The translations under genes were made by a program, and so were the position numbers. A model generated the notes under the pieces. It did no database searches. It was not told the DNA's origin and saw only the letters and a program-made list of their open reading frames with translations. A DNA stretch of 18,662 nucleotides, taken from Candidatus Hodarchaeum mangrovi. GTDB lineage: Archaea; Asgardarchaeota; Heimdallarchaeia; Hodarchaeales; Hodarchaeaceae. Shown here in pieces: positions 16,261 through 18,662 of this stretch. The stretch lies in assembly GCA_016839515.1 (NCBI GenBank), contig JAEOUE010000194.1, forward strand, positions 1 to 18,662, in the 5' to 3' direction. Each line of letters starts with the position of its first letter. The first letter of the stretch is position 1.

Positions 16261-16755
16261 ATGTCTAGATTAGAATCTGCTAAACAACAATTAGATTATA
16301 CTCTAAATCATGCTATGAGAACTCTTGACAAAGCTATCATGCTTATCCCTGATGACAAACTTAACTGGAAACCAGTTGATGATGCCAAGAGTGCAGGGGA
16401 ATTAGGTATACATGTGTATATGGGGACATTAGCTCATTTTACAGGTACTTTGAAAGGAGAATTCTCTGATGACGATTTCTCTATTATTCCATTTGACCCT
16501 GAAAAGGTAAGTACTGCTTCTGAAATTGTAAAATATGGTGAAAAGGTAAAAGCATATGTAAAAGACAATTTACCTAAATTAACAGATAAGGATATGGAAA
16601 AAATTGTTACATACCACTGTTGGGGTGGTTTAAAATTTGGTAGTTATGAATCATTATTATGCAATTTAGAAGAAACCGTTCATCATAGAGGCCAATTATG
16701 TACTTATCTCCGTATGTTAGGAATAAACCCACCATTTATTTATGACATGGAATAA
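16261..16755 (+). CDS. DinB/YfiT-family metal-dependent four-helix protein
   Basis: IPDDKLNWKP...SAGELGIH and EETVHHRGQLCTYLRMLGINPP. Strong SD AAAGGAGG just upstream. Confidence 0.92.
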   Translation: MSRLESAKQQLDYTLNHAMRTLDKAIMLIPDDKLNWKPVDDAKSAGELGIHVYMGTLAHFTGTLKGEFSDDDFSIIPFDPEKVSTASEIVKYGEKVKAYVKDNLPKLTDKDMEKIVTYHCWGGLKFGSYESLLCNLEETVHHRGQLCTYLRMLGINPPFIYDME

Positions 16756-16876
16756 AGATAAAAATTCATTTAATCACAATAATGAGTAATATCTTTCACT
16801 TTTAAGACATGAATCTCTTTTATAAAACGAATAGTTATGCAAATATTTTCTCAATAGTCTTAAATTTCTTGGATGA

Positions 16877-17689
16877 TTAATAAAACTCTGTAATAAGATC
16901 ATTACGGAAATCTTGGATATTCTCAAGTAAAATTGTAGGACTGTGTGTTGTAACAATAATTGTATATTGCATTCGAAATCCAAGACAAGTAAGAAAGAAC
17001 TCTGGTTTAAAGCCAAAAATGCCAGCATAAATTTCACAAATCTTTAAAATTCTTTTATTGGTTTGATTTAAATCTGCTATTGGTGCTCCCCAAAGGAATG
17101 TATATCTAACAACTTTATTTTCAATTAATCTTCTAGCTAACAACCGAAATTCATCAAACTGGGAGTAATTATCTTTTTTTCTAGATCCAATAGGTCCTAA
17201 ATAGGCATTATAATTAATAATATTTGAACGAAGAAACATTCTATTAGGAACTAAGTGGAATATATTATTTGAGGTTCTAATCTTTGTATAATTTAATGCA
17301 ATTTCCACGATCTCTCCTTTAATCTCATCACTAATTTTAATAAAATCGCTTACAGCAATTGGTCGAATTAATAAGATATAAAGACCCGCAATAAAGTTAC
17401 TGATCCATTGAACAGAACTAAAGGAAATTATGGCACCAATGATCGCAGAAAAACCAAATATAGATTCAATAGATAACCTTAAAGTAAAAAATACCAAGTA
17501 TATTATTGCAAAAAATGTAAAAATTCGTATGCTAATTTTAAAAGTGTTGATTATTTCTTTAGAGCTCTTTTTCTTTGTTCTTAATCGGAATTTTAAGAAA
17601 ATTATTACAACTTTTTGAAGAAGAACTAATACAAAAATTCCAAGGATCAACATTATTAATCTAAGTTCCAAAGTCTCTAATATGCTCAC
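16877..17689 (-). CDS. MscS-family mechanosensitive channel, paralogue 2
   Basis: Three TM helices; NFIAGLYILLIRPIAVSDFIKI; GEIVEIALNYTKIRT; VPN. GTG start overlaps the upstream TGA (GTGA). Confidence 0.9.
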   Translation of the reverse strand: MSILETLELRLIMLILGIFVLVLLQKVVIIFLKFRLRTKKKSSKEIINTFKISIRIFTFFAIIYLVFFTLRLSIESIFGFSAIIGAIISFSSVQWISNFIAGLYILLIRPIAVSDFIKISDEIKGEIVEIALNYTKIRTSNNIFHLVPNRMFLRSNIINYNAYLGPIGSRKKDNYSQFDEFRLLARRLIENKVVRYTFLWGAPIADLNQTNKRILKICEIYAGIFGFKPEFFLTCLGFRMQYTIIVTTHSPTILLENIQDFRNDLITEFY

Positions 17690-18552
17690 TCTTGACCCTC
17701 CTCTCGCAATGATTGATAAACATGATTAATAATAGATTCCAGGAAGAATGGGAGAGCATTGTAAATTGTATATGCGTCAATCGCAGTAATAACAAGATTT
17801 GTTTCTAGTCTAAATTCATATTTAGTAAAATAATAATGAGGACGAAATCCAAAAGGAACTGTAAATTCATCACAAACGATATCTAATTGTTTTTTAGCAA
17901 ATTCCATGGTAATAGGAGGATCTTGAATGTCTAGTTTCAATTCAATCATGGTTCTATATCTGGTACACTCTTGAGTCTCTTCATTCCACCATAAAGAGGG
18001 AGATCGAGATCCTTTTGATGTTGTAACCTGTTTGGACTTTATTTCTGTAGAATAATTGAGTAGAGAGGTATTAATTAGATTTGCATTAGGAATTCTTACT
18101 TTAGTTTTATCGATTTGTACAATTTCTGTATAGTTTAATCCAATTTCTTCCACGATTCCCTCAATACCTTGAGTACGTATCATATCTCCTACCACAAAAG
18201 GTCGTGTCAAAATGATGTAAAGACCAGCTACTACATTATATGCTACATTGGTAGAAGCTACACCAATTGCTGTTGCAAATATGGCAGCAGACCCGATTAA
18301 GAATTCAAAATTTACTCCTGCTGATAAAAAGAAAATAAATAAAAGGCTTAAGATTACTGTTATTTGTAATAAGCTAGTAAAAATCTTTAAAAGGTTTTTA
18401 ATCTCATGATGCTTTCTTAAACTAAAATTAATAACTCTTTTAATTATTTTACCTGAAATAAGGGTAATTAAAGTGCCAAATATGAAAATTATAAAAAAAA
18501 TTAGTGAATCATTTATTAAGGAGTCTGATGTTTGTAAAATAATCATCAACAT
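17686..18552 (-). CDS. MscS-family mechanosensitive channel, paralogue 1
   Basis: Three TM helices; NVVAGLYIILTRPFVVGDMIR; GIEGIVEEIGLNYTEI; IPNA. Confidence 0.92.
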   Translation of the reverse strand: MLMIILQTSDSLINDSLIFFIIFIFGTLITLISGKIIKRVINFSLRKHHEIKNLLKIFTSLLQITVILSLLFIFFLSAGVNFEFLIGSAAIFATAIGVASTNVAYNVVAGLYIILTRPFVVGDMIRTQGIEGIVEEIGLNYTEIVQIDKTKVRIPNANLINTSLLNYSTEIKSKQVTTSKGSRSPSLWWNEETQECTRYRTMIELKLDIQDPPITMEFAKKQLDIVCDEFTVPFGFRPHYYFTKYEFRLETNLVITAIDAYTIYNALPFFLESIINHVYQSLREEGQE

Positions 18553-18662
18553 TCAATTTCTTCTCTTTAAAATGGTGAAAAATAGCTTTGTGATAATTAA
18601 ATAAGCGTTTAAGATTTTCATTAATAAGCTATCTGGTTAATCCTTTTAAGCTAATACAAAAC

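Noticed and set aside
13969-17618. Short ORFs 13969-14199, 15774-15962, 16774-17037 and 17430-17618
   Set aside because: Antisense or out-of-frame overlaps with supported genes, with no independent evidence.

Overview
AT-rich, gene-dense prokaryotic window with about 20 supportable CDSs and no rRNA, tRNA, CRISPR array or transposase that I can recognise. GGTGA/GGAGGTG ribosome-binding sites, TATA-like boxes about 25 nt before start codons and the protein repertoire suggest an archaeon, probably an Asgard (Heimdallarchaeia-like) lineage; this is inference. In order it contains: a 5'-truncated unknown CDS; a membrane-anchored DnaJ zinc-finger protein lacking the J domain; two tandem 4-Cys paralogues of unknown family; a YqiA-like esterase; a probable lipid-catabolic operon (acyl-CoA dehydrogenase fused to SCP2, a divergent aldehyde dehydrogenase, a HAD hydrolase); a tandem-ACT protein; an Aur1/PAP2-like membrane enzyme next to an ABHD13/17-like hydrolase; a dodecin lacking the flavin-stacking Trp, preceded by a GC-enriched double-hairpin element; two divergent surface-anchored proteins; a tandem-RHH plus winged-helix protein next to a ParA/MinD ATPase; a SnoaL/DUF4440 protein; a TPR protein; a DinB-family protein; and two coupled MscS paralogues. 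The best candidates for something new are the RHH-wHTH/ParA pair, the structured element upstream of dodecin, and the SCP2-fused lipid locus. All protein calls come from motif recognition by eye, and no searches were run.
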